Below, piece by piece: positions 52,177 through 60,900 of a DNA stretch of 64,000 nt. Source of the stretch: Candidatus Binatia bacterium (GTDB lineage Bacteria; Desulfobacterota; Binatia; UBA9968; CAXXLF01). The DNA is taken from the NCBI GenBank assembly GCA_963664015.2, contig CAXXLF010000001.1, positions 1,120,001 through 1,184,000 on the forward strand, given 5' to 3'. The translations under genes and the position numbers were made by a program. Position 1 is the first letter of the stretch, and each line of letters opens with the position of its first letter. The notes under the pieces are model-generated. The model was not told the origin of the DNA. It saw nothing but the letters and a program-made list of their open reading frames with translations, and searched no databases.

Positions 52177-52890
52177 CTACTGGGAGAGCTCGAAGCTGAC
52201 CTTGACGTCCTGCTTAGCCCCCACGGTTACCTTCTGGCTCTTCTTACCGAGGGTTTCGTGCCAGACCTCCAGCATATACGTCCCCGGGGGTACATCGGTC
52301 AGCTGAAAGGCCCCTTGGTCATTGGTGACACTAAAATAAGGATTTGCGGCGACGAATAACCAACCGCTCATCCAACTGTGGACGTCACACTTGACGGAAA
52401 CCGCCTCGGGTTTATCAAGCTTCACCGTTAGTTTCTTCTTGAATTTGGGCTGAGCCCGATTGAATGGCTTGTTGACCTTACTGTACGTGTGAATATTGTG
52501 CAGAATCTTATCGGGATTCAAGATCTCCACGGTTGTTCCTGCCATGAAGGCGAGAACATGAGGATGGTACTCACATCCGTTCTGGTCGAAAGTGACCTTC
52601 ATGGGCACAATCTTCTTTCCCTTAGTGATGTCGGTTAGCGAGACCACCGCATTGACCAGGTTACCGTTGGAAACGATTAGGGAAGGTTCCGTTTTGGCTG
52701 TCTTGCCACAGGCCTTCTTGTCTTTGGAAATCATCAATTTCTTTGGCGCAGGGGCGGTGCCCTTGAACTTGACGGCCCCTGAGATGGAGCCTCCGTTACT
52801 TACGGCACCTCCTTCGTAAGCGGTGGCAACGGCGGCCTGGATCACCATACAGGCGATTAGAGCAAATAAAGGAATTATCTTGCGTATCAT
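52177..52890 (-). CDS. Exported cupredoxin-like / carboxypeptidase-regulatory-like domain protein
   Basis: Signal peptide, FDQNGCEYHP, HNIH, CDVHSWM, DVPPGTY...WHE. Confidence 0.78.
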   Translation of the reverse strand: MIRKIIPLFALIACMVIQAAVATAYEGGAVSNGGSISGAVKFKGTAPAPKKLMISKDKKACGKTAKTEPSLIVSNGNLVNAVVSLTDITKGKKIVPMKVTFDQNGCEYHPHVLAFMAGTTVEILNPDKILHNIHTYSKVNKPFNRAQPKFKKKLTVKLDKPEAVSVKCDVHSWMSGWLFVAANPYFSVTNDQGAFQLTDVPPGTYMLEVWHETLGKKSQKVTVGAKQDVKVSFELSQ

Positions 52891-52991
52891 TGGAGCCTCC
52901 TGGATGAATTAGCAGTTAAATAAAATTGGGGCACACGACCCTCGGCCGCCGCACGATTTCGATACCCGTCTATGACACCTTCAGAGGTATC

Positions 52992-55637
52992 CTATCCTCC
53001 GGCGGCACCGGATCGTCCCAGCGTCATGATGTAGTCCCTCAGCGCCTCGATCTGACGATCATCTTTACCGCCAAGGATATCATCCGGGCCCCCGGGATAA
53101 TAGGAGGGCATCTTGGTGCCAGGTTGGACCTTCTGTGGATCCTGAAGCCACTTGATGACCCAGTAGGGATTCAGTCGGCTGCGCGCTAAAGTCAGATCTG
53201 GAGCCCAGCCCTCCGGGGGTCCCTCGGGTTTCTTTTCCCCCTGCTGGTGGCAACTTAAACAGTCGAAATAGTCCTTAGAGAACATACGCCGGGCAGCCGG
53301 GATATGCTCCGGCGGGACGCTTCCATCATCAAAATGAACATAGGGGATTCGCACCTTGGAAAGTCCGTTAAAATAGGACACCAGCAGATTGGTCTCCTCA
53401 TCCGAAAAGCCGAAACTGGGCATGCGGATCTGGAGCCAAGGACGTACCGGAATCGGCGCCTTCAAAAATGCGAAGAGCCAGTTGGACTGAACCTTCTCCC
53501 CCTCGCCATTGAGGTTTGGCGGGGCTAAGTTTTTGTTTTCGTAGTACTTCTGAACAAAGCCGCCCCGACTCTCGATGGTATGGCAGCCGATGCAATTATA
53601 CTGATGCATCAGCCTGCGCCCTTCCACGATGTTCATAACCTCTTCACTGTTGTTGGCAGCGTAGCCGGCAGGAACCTCGCTCTCTTTGAAGGTTGCCAGC
53701 AGGACACGTAAGGCCTTGGCATCTTCGTCGGAGAGGTTGAACTGGGGCATCAACTGATCGACCCTTGGAGTGATGTAGATCCTAGGGGTCTTCAGCTTGT
53801 TGAAAGTCCAATCGTCCCAGGTCTCGTGGATATCCTTCCTGTTACCAAAAGAGAGTTCTTCCAGAAACTTGGATCCAAACGTCGTCAACTCAACACCGAT
53901 TCTAGATTCCTTCTCCATCCCCGGTATATCGTGACACCCGAAGCAGCCATACTTACGGATCAAGGCCTCGCCCCGCTTCGCGTTGCCCGCATCGGCCAGG
54001 CGTTGCTCAATACCCCGGATTCCAGCTCCCTTCCCCCCCAGCGTCATCAAATAAGCCGTAATGGACAACGCCTCTTGGTCAGTCAGACGGAGGCTCGGCA
54101 TACGCGTATCGGGCGAAAAATCACGCGGGTTTTTTAGCCAGTGATAGGTCCATTGAGGCCCCACCTTGGCGGCGACATCTTTCAGATTGGGGATTAAATC
54201 CTTGTTGGTCCCCAGGGCCGTGGAGAACTCCCCATCGGCAAAGCCGTGACACCCCTTGCAGCCAATGGAATTTACGAGTTCCCTTCCCCGAGTCACCAGC
54301 TGGTCGGCCTGGCCACGATAACCAGCAGGGAGGGGATGATCCTTTAACCACTTATCCCCGTCCGTTTTCGACCTCGTCCATAGGTAGGAGGCAATAGCCA
54401 CGGCCTGGTCTTCGTTAAGACCGAAATTGGGCATCCGGGTGCGAGACCGAAACTTGTGGGGGTCCTGAATCCAGCTGATAGCCCAACTGGGGTCGACCTT
54501 GGCACTGATGCGCCTGAGACTGGGACCGACCTTGGGAATGTTCTCGTGGCCTTCCACCAGATGACAGCCTGTGCAACCGATCTGCTCAAAGAGTCTTTGT
54601 CCTTGGGCGAGGATTTTTGCGTCTTGATGAGGCTGCACATTTTGGTGGCAAGCCGCGCAGCTGGATTGGACCTTGGCCCCTCGAAGTAGCGGGTACTCCC
54701 AGTACTTAACCTCCCCATGGGCCTGTTCGATACTGTTAACAGCAACCCCTTGGCCTTGATGGCAAGCCGTACAGCCGAACTTTTCGGGGGGGTGCGCATT
54801 ATCCGCCAGGAGAACCTCCCGGCGAGGATGGGTTCGGAACGGATGGGGTTCGTTTTCAAAACCAGGCCGGTTGATGGCCTTGTGACAGCTCTGGCAACGG
54901 TCTACCCGCGCGACAGGCTTATCAAAGTTGTTTCGATCGAACTCAGTTAAAACCACCTGTTCGATCTTGGGAATCTTATATAAAGACACAGGTCCCAGGC
55001 TCACGGTGGCATTGTCCATCACCCTGATCCATCGGTCCCGATTGCGCGCGAGATTGGAGATCTCTGCTTCTAGATCCTTGACATTCGACTGGACTGCCTT
55101 GATTTGTTCTTTGACCTGCAGGCGCTGCTGTCGAACCTTTTCAAGTTCGGGTTCGAGTCCGGCTTGCTCTGCATCCAACTGCTTGATCCGATCTTCATAG
55201 ACACGGACGCCCCGGCCCTGTTGGATCGCATGGTCGTACTCGTACCAGACCTCTTCCAGCCCGCTCTTGATGAACTTGACCTCTTGATCTACCTCGTTGA
55301 ACCGGATATCGACGACCTTTTCTTCCTCGAGCAGCCGGGCAAGCCGGGTAGCCAATTCTCCACCGTCCAGACTAGCGCGCTGAACTGCGATTTTCTTAGC
55401 CAATTCCTGATACTTGGGATCAGTCTGAAGCTTTTTATCCTCCGCCCCATAGGCCGCCTGGGCCTTTGCGTAATCCATACGGTAGAATTCGGCCTGATAC
55501 CGCTTCCACGGTCTGCGTGTAAAGTTGTCGTCGTACAAAGCCCACAGGCTCAACCCGACGAGGAGACACACCCCCAGGAAGAAAATGGTTCCGTATGACT
55601 TCCGCTCTTCTACTGGATCAAAGCCCCTGACCGCCAT
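52992..55637 (-). CDS. Membrane-anchored octaheme c-type cytochrome
   Basis: Eight CxxCH motifs (CQSCH, CTACH, CAACH, CTGCH, CKGCH, CFGCH, CIGCH, CLSCH); N-terminal TM helix, long coiled coil, repeated xMP motifs. Confidence 0.92.
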   Translation of the reverse strand: MAVRGFDPVEERKSYGTIFFLGVCLLVGLSLWALYDDNFTRRPWKRYQAEFYRMDYAKAQAAYGAEDKKLQTDPKYQELAKKIAVQRASLDGGELATRLARLLEEEKVVDIRFNEVDQEVKFIKSGLEEVWYEYDHAIQQGRGVRVYEDRIKQLDAEQAGLEPELEKVRQQRLQVKEQIKAVQSNVKDLEAEISNLARNRDRWIRVMDNATVSLGPVSLYKIPKIEQVVLTEFDRNNFDKPVARVDRCQSCHKAINRPGFENEPHPFRTHPRREVLLADNAHPPEKFGCTACHQGQGVAVNSIEQAHGEVKYWEYPLLRGAKVQSSCAACHQNVQPHQDAKILAQGQRLFEQIGCTGCHLVEGHENIPKVGPSLRRISAKVDPSWAISWIQDPHKFRSRTRMPNFGLNEDQAVAIASYLWTRSKTDGDKWLKDHPLPAGYRGQADQLVTRGRELVNSIGCKGCHGFADGEFSTALGTNKDLIPNLKDVAAKVGPQWTYHWLKNPRDFSPDTRMPSLRLTDQEALSITAYLMTLGGKGAGIRGIEQRLADAGNAKRGEALIRKYGCFGCHDIPGMEKESRIGVELTTFGSKFLEELSFGNRKDIHETWDDWTFNKLKTPRIYITPRVDQLMPQFNLSDEDAKALRVLLATFKESEVPAGYAANNSEEVMNIVEGRRLMHQYNCIGCHTIESRGGFVQKYYENKNLAPPNLNGEGEKVQSNWLFAFLKAPIPVRPWLQIRMPSFGFSDEETNLLVSYFNGLSKVRIPYVHFDDGSVPPEHIPAARRMFSKDYFDCLSCHQQGEKKPEGPPEGWAPDLTLARSRLNPYWVIKWLQDPQKVQPGTKMPSYYPGGPDDILGGKDDRQIEALRDYIMTLGRSGAAGG

Positions 55638-55699
55638 GGTATCTCGCTCACGCCACCTTTCGTTCTAGGGTATCTCGCTCACGTGGCCTTTCGCTCTAG
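55638..55699. repeat. 31-bp tandem duplication
   Basis: GGTATCTCGCTCACGCCACCTTTCGTTCTAG versus GGTATCTCGCTCACGTGGCCTTTCGCTCTAG (27/31 identical). Confidence 0.9.
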
Positions 55700-55846
55700 G
55701 GTTCGGCCCATAGCAAACAGACCGACTCCAAATATAGTCAGAACGATCTCTTCGGCCATGGAGCTATTCTTTATGATGCCTACATACAGGGCATAGCCCA
55801 CGTCGGCCATCCCGATTGCCTGGAGAATCTTTGCCACGTAAAACAT
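55679..55846 (-). CDS. 55-aa two-TM membrane protein in the Rieske/cyt b operon
   Basis: Below the ORF-track cutoff. MFYVAKILQAIGMADVGYALYVGIIKNSSMAEEIVLTIFGVGLFAMGRTLERKAT; its ATG overlaps the TGA of subunit IV (TGATG). Confidence 0.75.
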   Translation of the reverse strand: MFYVAKILQAIGMADVGYALYVGIIKNSSMAEEIVLTIFGVGLFAMGRTLERKAT

Positions 55847-56619
55847 CAGATATTAAACCAGGGAGTCACCCACACGTACTTCACGTTGAAGGCAAGACGT
55901 AAAATCATTTTAACGGGAAGTGCCATCATGATAACGACGAGAAACGCAGTGATACCAAAGCGTACGGGCCCCCACCGGAGCATGAATTCCTTGCCCTTGA
56001 CCCAGATGACCCAACGATGAAAGATCCCGATTGAGATCAAAATATAACCAAAGACACAGACTGCGCCAAACACCGAAGACCAGATGTAGTCCCGAAATCC
56101 GAGCAGGTAAGGCAGATCCACATTGGTCATGGCCACAACCTTATGGGGATCCCACCGGTCCCAGGGCCAGAACAGGTTCCAGCCCGGTCCGCGAAAAAAG
56201 GTCCCAATGATAATCATAATCACCCAGAGGACATGGAATCCGAAAACGAAGGTCAAGATCTCGTATTTACGCTCTTTAAATGTGTAGTAGCCGTTTCCCT
56301 TGGTATTGGTATCGATGAAAGGAATAACCATGAGGCCCACGATAATAAGGGTCGGTAGTACAACACCCGCATGCCAGGGATCGAAATAGACCAGCATTTC
56401 CTGCAGACCCAGAAAATACCAGGGGGCCTTTGAGGGATTGGGCGTACGGGTCGGATCGGCAGGCTCCTCGAGCGGGGCATCCACTCCCAGCGACCACAGG
56501 ATCAATACCACCATGACGAATAAGGCAACAAGGAACTCCACCCGGACCAAATGGGGCCAGGTGTGTATCTTATCGTCGATGATGGAAGACCGTCTTCTTT
56601 CCTCATTCGCTTCGGCCAT
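55846..56619 (-). CDS. Rieske/cyt b complex subunit IV (PetD/QcrC-like, C-terminal half of cytochrome b)
   Basis: TWPHL, PLEEPADPTRTPNPSKAPWYF (PEWY-equivalent), PFID. Confidence 0.88.
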   Translation of the reverse strand: MAEANEERRRSSIIDDKIHTWPHLVRVEFLVALFVMVVLILWSLGVDAPLEEPADPTRTPNPSKAPWYFLGLQEMLVYFDPWHAGVVLPTLIIVGLMVIPFIDTNTKGNGYYTFKERKYEILTFVFGFHVLWVIMIIIGTFFRGPGWNLFWPWDRWDPHKVVAMTNVDLPYLLGFRDYIWSSVFGAVCVFGYILISIGIFHRWVIWVKGKEFMLRWGPVRFGITAFLVVIMMALPVKMILRLAFNVKYVWVTPWFNI

Positions 56620-56644
56620 TTTAAATCACCCTCTCAGACACTTG

Positions 56645-57415
56645 TTACAGCGGTGGCCCCGAGAAGCCGTCTCGCCGTATGCGCCAGAAATGAACCGCCA
56701 TGAGCAGACTGGCGACCAGGGGGATAAAGATGCAGTGAAGAATATAGAAACGGAGCAATGTATGAGGCCCAATCTCACCACCACCAAATAAAAACGCTCG
56801 GGCATCGTAGATCGGGTTGGCACCGACGAACTCGGCAAAGGGCCCTTCGTGACCCAGCAGTGGCGCTGCACGCGCCATATTGGAGCCCACGGTAACCGCC
56901 CAGATGGAAAGCTGGTCCCAGGGCAGGAGGTAGCCTGTAAAACTCAACAGCAGAGTCAATACCAGCAATAGGACGCCCACGATCCAGTTAAATTCTCGCG
57001 GCGGCTTGTAGGAGCCGGTGAGAAAGACACGAAACATATGGAGCCAGACAAAAGTCACCATGGCATGGGCCGCCCATCGGTGCATGTTGCGCATGAGCAT
57101 GCCGAAGGGCATATCGAACTCCAGGTATTTCATATCCGCATAGGCATATTCGGCTACCGGCCGATAATAAAACATGAGGTAAATTCCTGTCACCGCAGTC
57201 ACCAGAAACATGAGGAAGGTCAATCCTCCCATGCACCAAGTAAACCGCATCCTCACCGAATGCCTGCGCACTTTGGCCGGATGGAGATGAAGCCAGATAT
57301 TGGAGGTGACCATCATAACACGATTTCTTGGAGTGTCCTCGTAACCGTGCCGGAAGATGGCCTTCCAGACCTGACTCTCAACGATTTCCTTTTTAAGTTC
57401 GTCCAATTTAATCAT
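56645..57415 (-). CDS. Cytochrome b6-like subunit (PetB/QcrB-like)
   Basis: WCMGG, TGIYLMFYY, RNMHRW...LHMFRV, NWIVG, TGYLLPWDQ, RFYILH...VHF. Confidence 0.95.
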   Translation of the reverse strand: MIKLDELKKEIVESQVWKAIFRHGYEDTPRNRVMMVTSNIWLHLHPAKVRRHSVRMRFTWCMGGLTFLMFLVTAVTGIYLMFYYRPVAEYAYADMKYLEFDMPFGMLMRNMHRWAAHAMVTFVWLHMFRVFLTGSYKPPREFNWIVGVLLLVLTLLLSFTGYLLPWDQLSIWAVTVGSNMARAAPLLGHEGPFAEFVGANPIYDARAFLFGGGEIGPHTLLRFYILHCIFIPLVASLLMAVHFWRIRRDGFSGPPL

Positions 57416-57421
57416 GTTCGA

Positions 57422-57946
57422 TCACACCTTCACGATACTTTCTGGATGCTGCTCGTCGGGCTCCACCCCGGGCCCCATTCTCAGGACCCGGCTCTTGTCC
57501 ACCACCAGCTGCCCATCGTCAGCCAGGCGGATCTCGAAACGGTCCAGGGGCCGAGGTGCAGGGCCCTCGAAATTCAGACCGCTTTTAAAAAACCCGCTCC
57601 CATGGCATGGGCATTTGAACTTGTTTTCCGCTGTCAACCAACGGGGCGTACATCCCAGATGGGTGCATTTGGCGAAAATGGCGTAGAACCCCTTCTCTTC
57701 GCGCACGATCCAAACGCGGAAATCTTTTTTAAACTTTTCACTGACTTCACCAATGGTGTAATCGGAAGGTAACCCTGCCTTAAAGGTAGAGGGGGGTTCG
57801 AAGAGAACCCGGGGAAATGCGGAGCGTAATAAACCGACGAGAGTCAAACCCGAAAAGACACCAAAGCCACCCCAACCAAAGCGGGTAAAAAAGTCGCGAC
57901 GACTCCAGATGCCTCGCTTTTTTTCCTTTGCTTTCGCCTCTGCCAT
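57422..57946 (-). CDS. Rieske [2Fe-2S] subunit
   Basis: Tat motif SRRDFF, CTHLGC, CPCHGS, GPAPRPL. Confidence 0.96.
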   Translation of the reverse strand: MAEAKAKEKKRGIWSRRDFFTRFGWGGFGVFSGLTLVGLLRSAFPRVLFEPPSTFKAGLPSDYTIGEVSEKFKKDFRVWIVREEKGFYAIFAKCTHLGCTPRWLTAENKFKCPCHGSGFFKSGLNFEGPAPRPLDRFEIRLADDGQLVVDKSRVLRMGPGVEPDEQHPESIVKV

Positions 57947-57955
57947 CGTTGACTC

Positions 57956-58303
57956 CTATCCCTTCATCCAGCTTAGAATCAATCCCCATGTGACAAAGAA
58001 TGCACCGCCTAGCATGAGGAGCAGCCCCACAGGGCCAAAGATAAAAGATAGCCCCGCACCCAAGAAAAAGATAAGAGCACCGAATCCCAACGGGTTAAAT
58101 GGCCTTGCTGATGCCTCTCCCGTTGCCTTCTCCGCCGCTGCGCCCTGGTTCATCTCCTCTCGGACAAGGCTAAAAGCCATATCCTTGAGATCATCCCGCC
58201 TCTCGGGTTCGACCGCCCGGATGAGACGACCGATCTCTTGGGCTAATCGCTCAACTTCATCTTCCGGGGTCTGCTGACCTGAATGGGGAGAGTTTGAAAT
58301 CAC
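57956..58303 (-). CDS. Hypothetical membrane protein (two C-terminal TM helices)
   Basis: Ends 9 nt before the Rieske start; helical N-terminus plus a hydrophobic hairpin. Confidence 0.7.
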   Translation of the reverse strand: MISNSPHSGQQTPEDEVERLAQEIGRLIRAVEPERRDDLKDMAFSLVREEMNQGAAAEKATGEASARPFNPLGFGALIFFLGAGLSFIFGPVGLLLMLGGAFFVTWGLILSWMKG

Positions 58304-58343
58304 TTAGAATAGCGTACTTGATTAATATAGAATCCTGGTTTTG

Positions 58344-59156
58344 TCAACCTAAAGTGTTCAATTTCAACAGGTCCTGCATACTGTAGAGCCCTTTCTTTTG
58401 CCCCACGATCCACTGGGCGGCCCGCACGGCGCCGCGGGCGAAGGTCTCTCGGCTTTGCGCGCGGTGAATAAACTCCAATCGCTCGCCTAATCCACCGAAA
58501 ATGACGGTGTGCTCCCCAACCACGTCCCCCGCCCGAACCGAAGAAAGACCGATCTCCTTTTTTCCTCGCTCACCGATCATCCCCTTGCGTCCAAAAACCC
58601 CGACACGATCCAAATCTCTACCCAGCGCCTTGGCAACAACTCGACCCAGGGCCAACGCGGTCCCGCTCGGCGCATCTTTTTTGAAGCGATGATGCACCTC
58701 CATGAGCTCGACGTCGTACTCCTGTCCCAGGGATTGGGCGACCGGGCCCAGTAGTCCCAAGAGCAGGTTGATACCAACGCTCATATTGGGAGCAACCAGC
58801 GCCCGGGTCTGCCGTGCGAGGACCTTGATTTGACTCCACTGCTTATCGGTAAAGCCCGTAGTCCCGATAACGATAGGCCATCGTTTCTTGGTGGCCTCCT
58901 TGAGATAACTAATAGAGGCCTCGGGCCAGCTGAAGTCGATAATGACGGGCCGGCCTTTCAACTCTGAAGCGATTCGGTCGCCTACGGGGACACCCAGTTG
59001 TCCCAGGCCGGCCAGTTCACCTGCGTCTTTACCGATGCGGGGACTTCCAGGACGATCCACAGCAGCGACCAGCTTGGCTCCCGGGGTTTCCTGAATCACA
59101 CGCACCACCGCGCCCCCCATACGACCGCCGACTCCACAAACGACAAGATTCAGCAA
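58344..59156 (-). CDS. dapB: 4-hydroxy-tetrahydrodipicolinate reductase
   Basis: GVGGRMG, IDFS, IGTTG, EVHHRFKKDAPSGTA, GEHTV. Confidence 0.97.
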   Translation of the reverse strand: MLNLVVCGVGGRMGGAVVRVIQETPGAKLVAAVDRPGSPRIGKDAGELAGLGQLGVPVGDRIASELKGRPVIIDFSWPEASISYLKEATKKRWPIVIGTTGFTDKQWSQIKVLARQTRALVAPNMSVGINLLLGLLGPVAQSLGQEYDVELMEVHHRFKKDAPSGTALALGRVVAKALGRDLDRVGVFGRKGMIGERGKKEIGLSSVRAGDVVGEHTVIFGGLGERLEFIHRAQSRETFARGAVRAAQWIVGQKKGLYSMQDLLKLNTLG

Positions 59157-59164
59157 GGGGTTCC

Positions 59165-60043
59165 TCAGATCAGTTTATACTGGCCCAGGACCTTCCTGAG
59201 CCTCTGTAAATTTCCATCAGTCATGGGGGTAAGCGGTAAGCGCAGATCTCCCTGACATTTGCCCATAAGAGTCAGGGCGGTCTTGACCGGAATCGGATTG
59301 GTCTCCAAGAAAAGGCTTCGAATTAACGGGATGAGTTGAAACTGGATCCGTTTTCCCCTCTCCCAGTCTCCCTCGAAGCAAGCCCGCGTCAATTGGGACA
59401 TCTCCCTGGGAACCACGTTAGCTACCGTAGAAATCACTCCCTTGCCTCCCAACATCATGAGCGAGTAGGTCAAGGAATCCTCCCCCGAATAGACTGCGAG
59501 CCCATCTCCACAGAGTCTGATCACTTCGATGGCCTGGTCGATGGAGCCGGTGGCCTCTTTGACCCCCTCGATATTTTCAACTTCCGCAAGGCGAGCCAGG
59601 GTTTCGGGCTCGATCTTGGATCCCGTTCGCGACGGGATGTTATAGATGATCAGGGGAATCTTTACTGCGGCGGCGACCTTCTTGTAATGCTGATAGATAC
59701 CTTCCTGGGTGGGCCTATTGTAATAAGGAGATATCATCAATGCCCCGTCGGCACCGGCTTTTTCGGCGCCCCGGGTAAGTTCCATTGCCTCCAGGGTCGA
59801 GTTGGATCCCGTCCCCGCGATGACGGGAACACGGTTTTTGACGCTCTTGACCACCGCCTTAATGACTTGATCGTGCTCTTCATGGGAAAGGGTTGCTGAT
59901 TCTCCCGTGGTTCCGCAGGGAACGATCCCATGGGTTCCGTTCTCAATGTGGAATTCCACGAGCGACTCGAGGGCATCCCAATCCACTCGCCCCTCTTTGA
60001 ACGGCGTCACCAACGCCACCATGGAACCGGAAAAAACCATCAT
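59165..60043 (-). CDS. dapA: 4-hydroxy-tetrahydrodipicolinate synthase
   Basis: ALVTPF, GTTGES, PYYNRP, YNIPSRT, GVKEA, ETNPIPVK. Confidence 0.98.
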   Translation of the reverse strand: MMVFSGSMVALVTPFKEGRVDWDALESLVEFHIENGTHGIVPCGTTGESATLSHEEHDQVIKAVVKSVKNRVPVIAGTGSNSTLEAMELTRGAEKAGADGALMISPYYNRPTQEGIYQHYKKVAAAVKIPLIIYNIPSRTGSKIEPETLARLAEVENIEGVKEATGSIDQAIEVIRLCGDGLAVYSGEDSLTYSLMMLGGKGVISTVANVVPREMSQLTRACFEGDWERGKRIQFQLIPLIRSLFLETNPIPVKTALTLMGKCQGDLRLPLTPMTDGNLQRLRKVLGQYKLI

Positions 60044-60052
60044 ACCCTCCTG

Positions 60053-60874
60053 CTAGACCGACACGGTGCCCTGAAAGACCTCTTCCGCTCCGCCTGTCAT
60101 ATAGACCCTATTGTCGGGCCTCCAATCTATGGACAGATCCCCACCCAAGAGATGAACGGCCACTTGCCTTTTGGTTTGACCGGTCATTGCCCCTACTACC
60201 ACCGCGGCGCAGGCGCCGGTACCACAAGCCCATGTTTCCCCTGCTCCGCGCTCCCACACCCGCATGCGCACCTCTCCGGGACCGAGGACCTTGACGAACT
60301 CCGTATTAATCCGGTTGGGGAAAAACGAATGGTGCTCGAATCGGGGACCGATATTCTGCAGATCGAGACTATCCAGGTCATCCACGAAGAGTACGCAGTG
60401 GGGATTTCCCATGGAAACACAACCGACCCGGTACTCCTTCCCATCGATCTCCAAGGCTTGCTCCAGGACCTTGCCATCGGCCTGAACCGGAATCTTTCGA
60501 CCGTCCACAATGGGCTCCCCCATATCCACTTCCACCTGGTTTCCCATTAGCCGCGGCCGAATGATGCCCGCGAGGGTTTCTACTTCCAGCTCGGTTTTCT
60601 TTGTCAGACCGTGATCGACGACGTACTTGGCAAAGCAACGAATCCCGTTGCCGCACATCTCTACCTGCCCACCGTCAGCGTTGTAAATGCCCATTCTGAA
60701 GTCCGCAACCTGGGAGGGATGAACGGTCAGAAACTGGTCCGCACCGACGCCAAAACGGCGATGGCAGAGTCGCCTGGCGAGAGCCTCGAGTCCTCGGGGT
60801 TCTCCTGGCATGCAGTCAATGACAATAAAGTCATTGCCGCAACCGTGCATTTTGGTGAACTTGAGATCCGACAT
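60053..60874 (-). CDS. dapF: Diaminopimelate epimerase
   Basis: FTKMHGCGNDF, EMCGNG, MGNPH, ERGAGETWACGTG. Confidence 0.98.
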   Translation of the reverse strand: MSDLKFTKMHGCGNDFIVIDCMPGEPRGLEALARRLCHRRFGVGADQFLTVHPSQVADFRMGIYNADGGQVEMCGNGIRCFAKYVVDHGLTKKTELEVETLAGIIRPRLMGNQVEVDMGEPIVDGRKIPVQADGKVLEQALEIDGKEYRVGCVSMGNPHCVLFVDDLDSLDLQNIGPRFEHHSFFPNRINTEFVKVLGPGEVRMRVWERGAGETWACGTGACAAVVVGAMTGQTKRQVAVHLLGGDLSIDWRPDNRVYMTGGAEEVFQGTVSV

Positions 60875-60900
60875 CGTCTTCGTTGCTTCCCTGCCAACGC

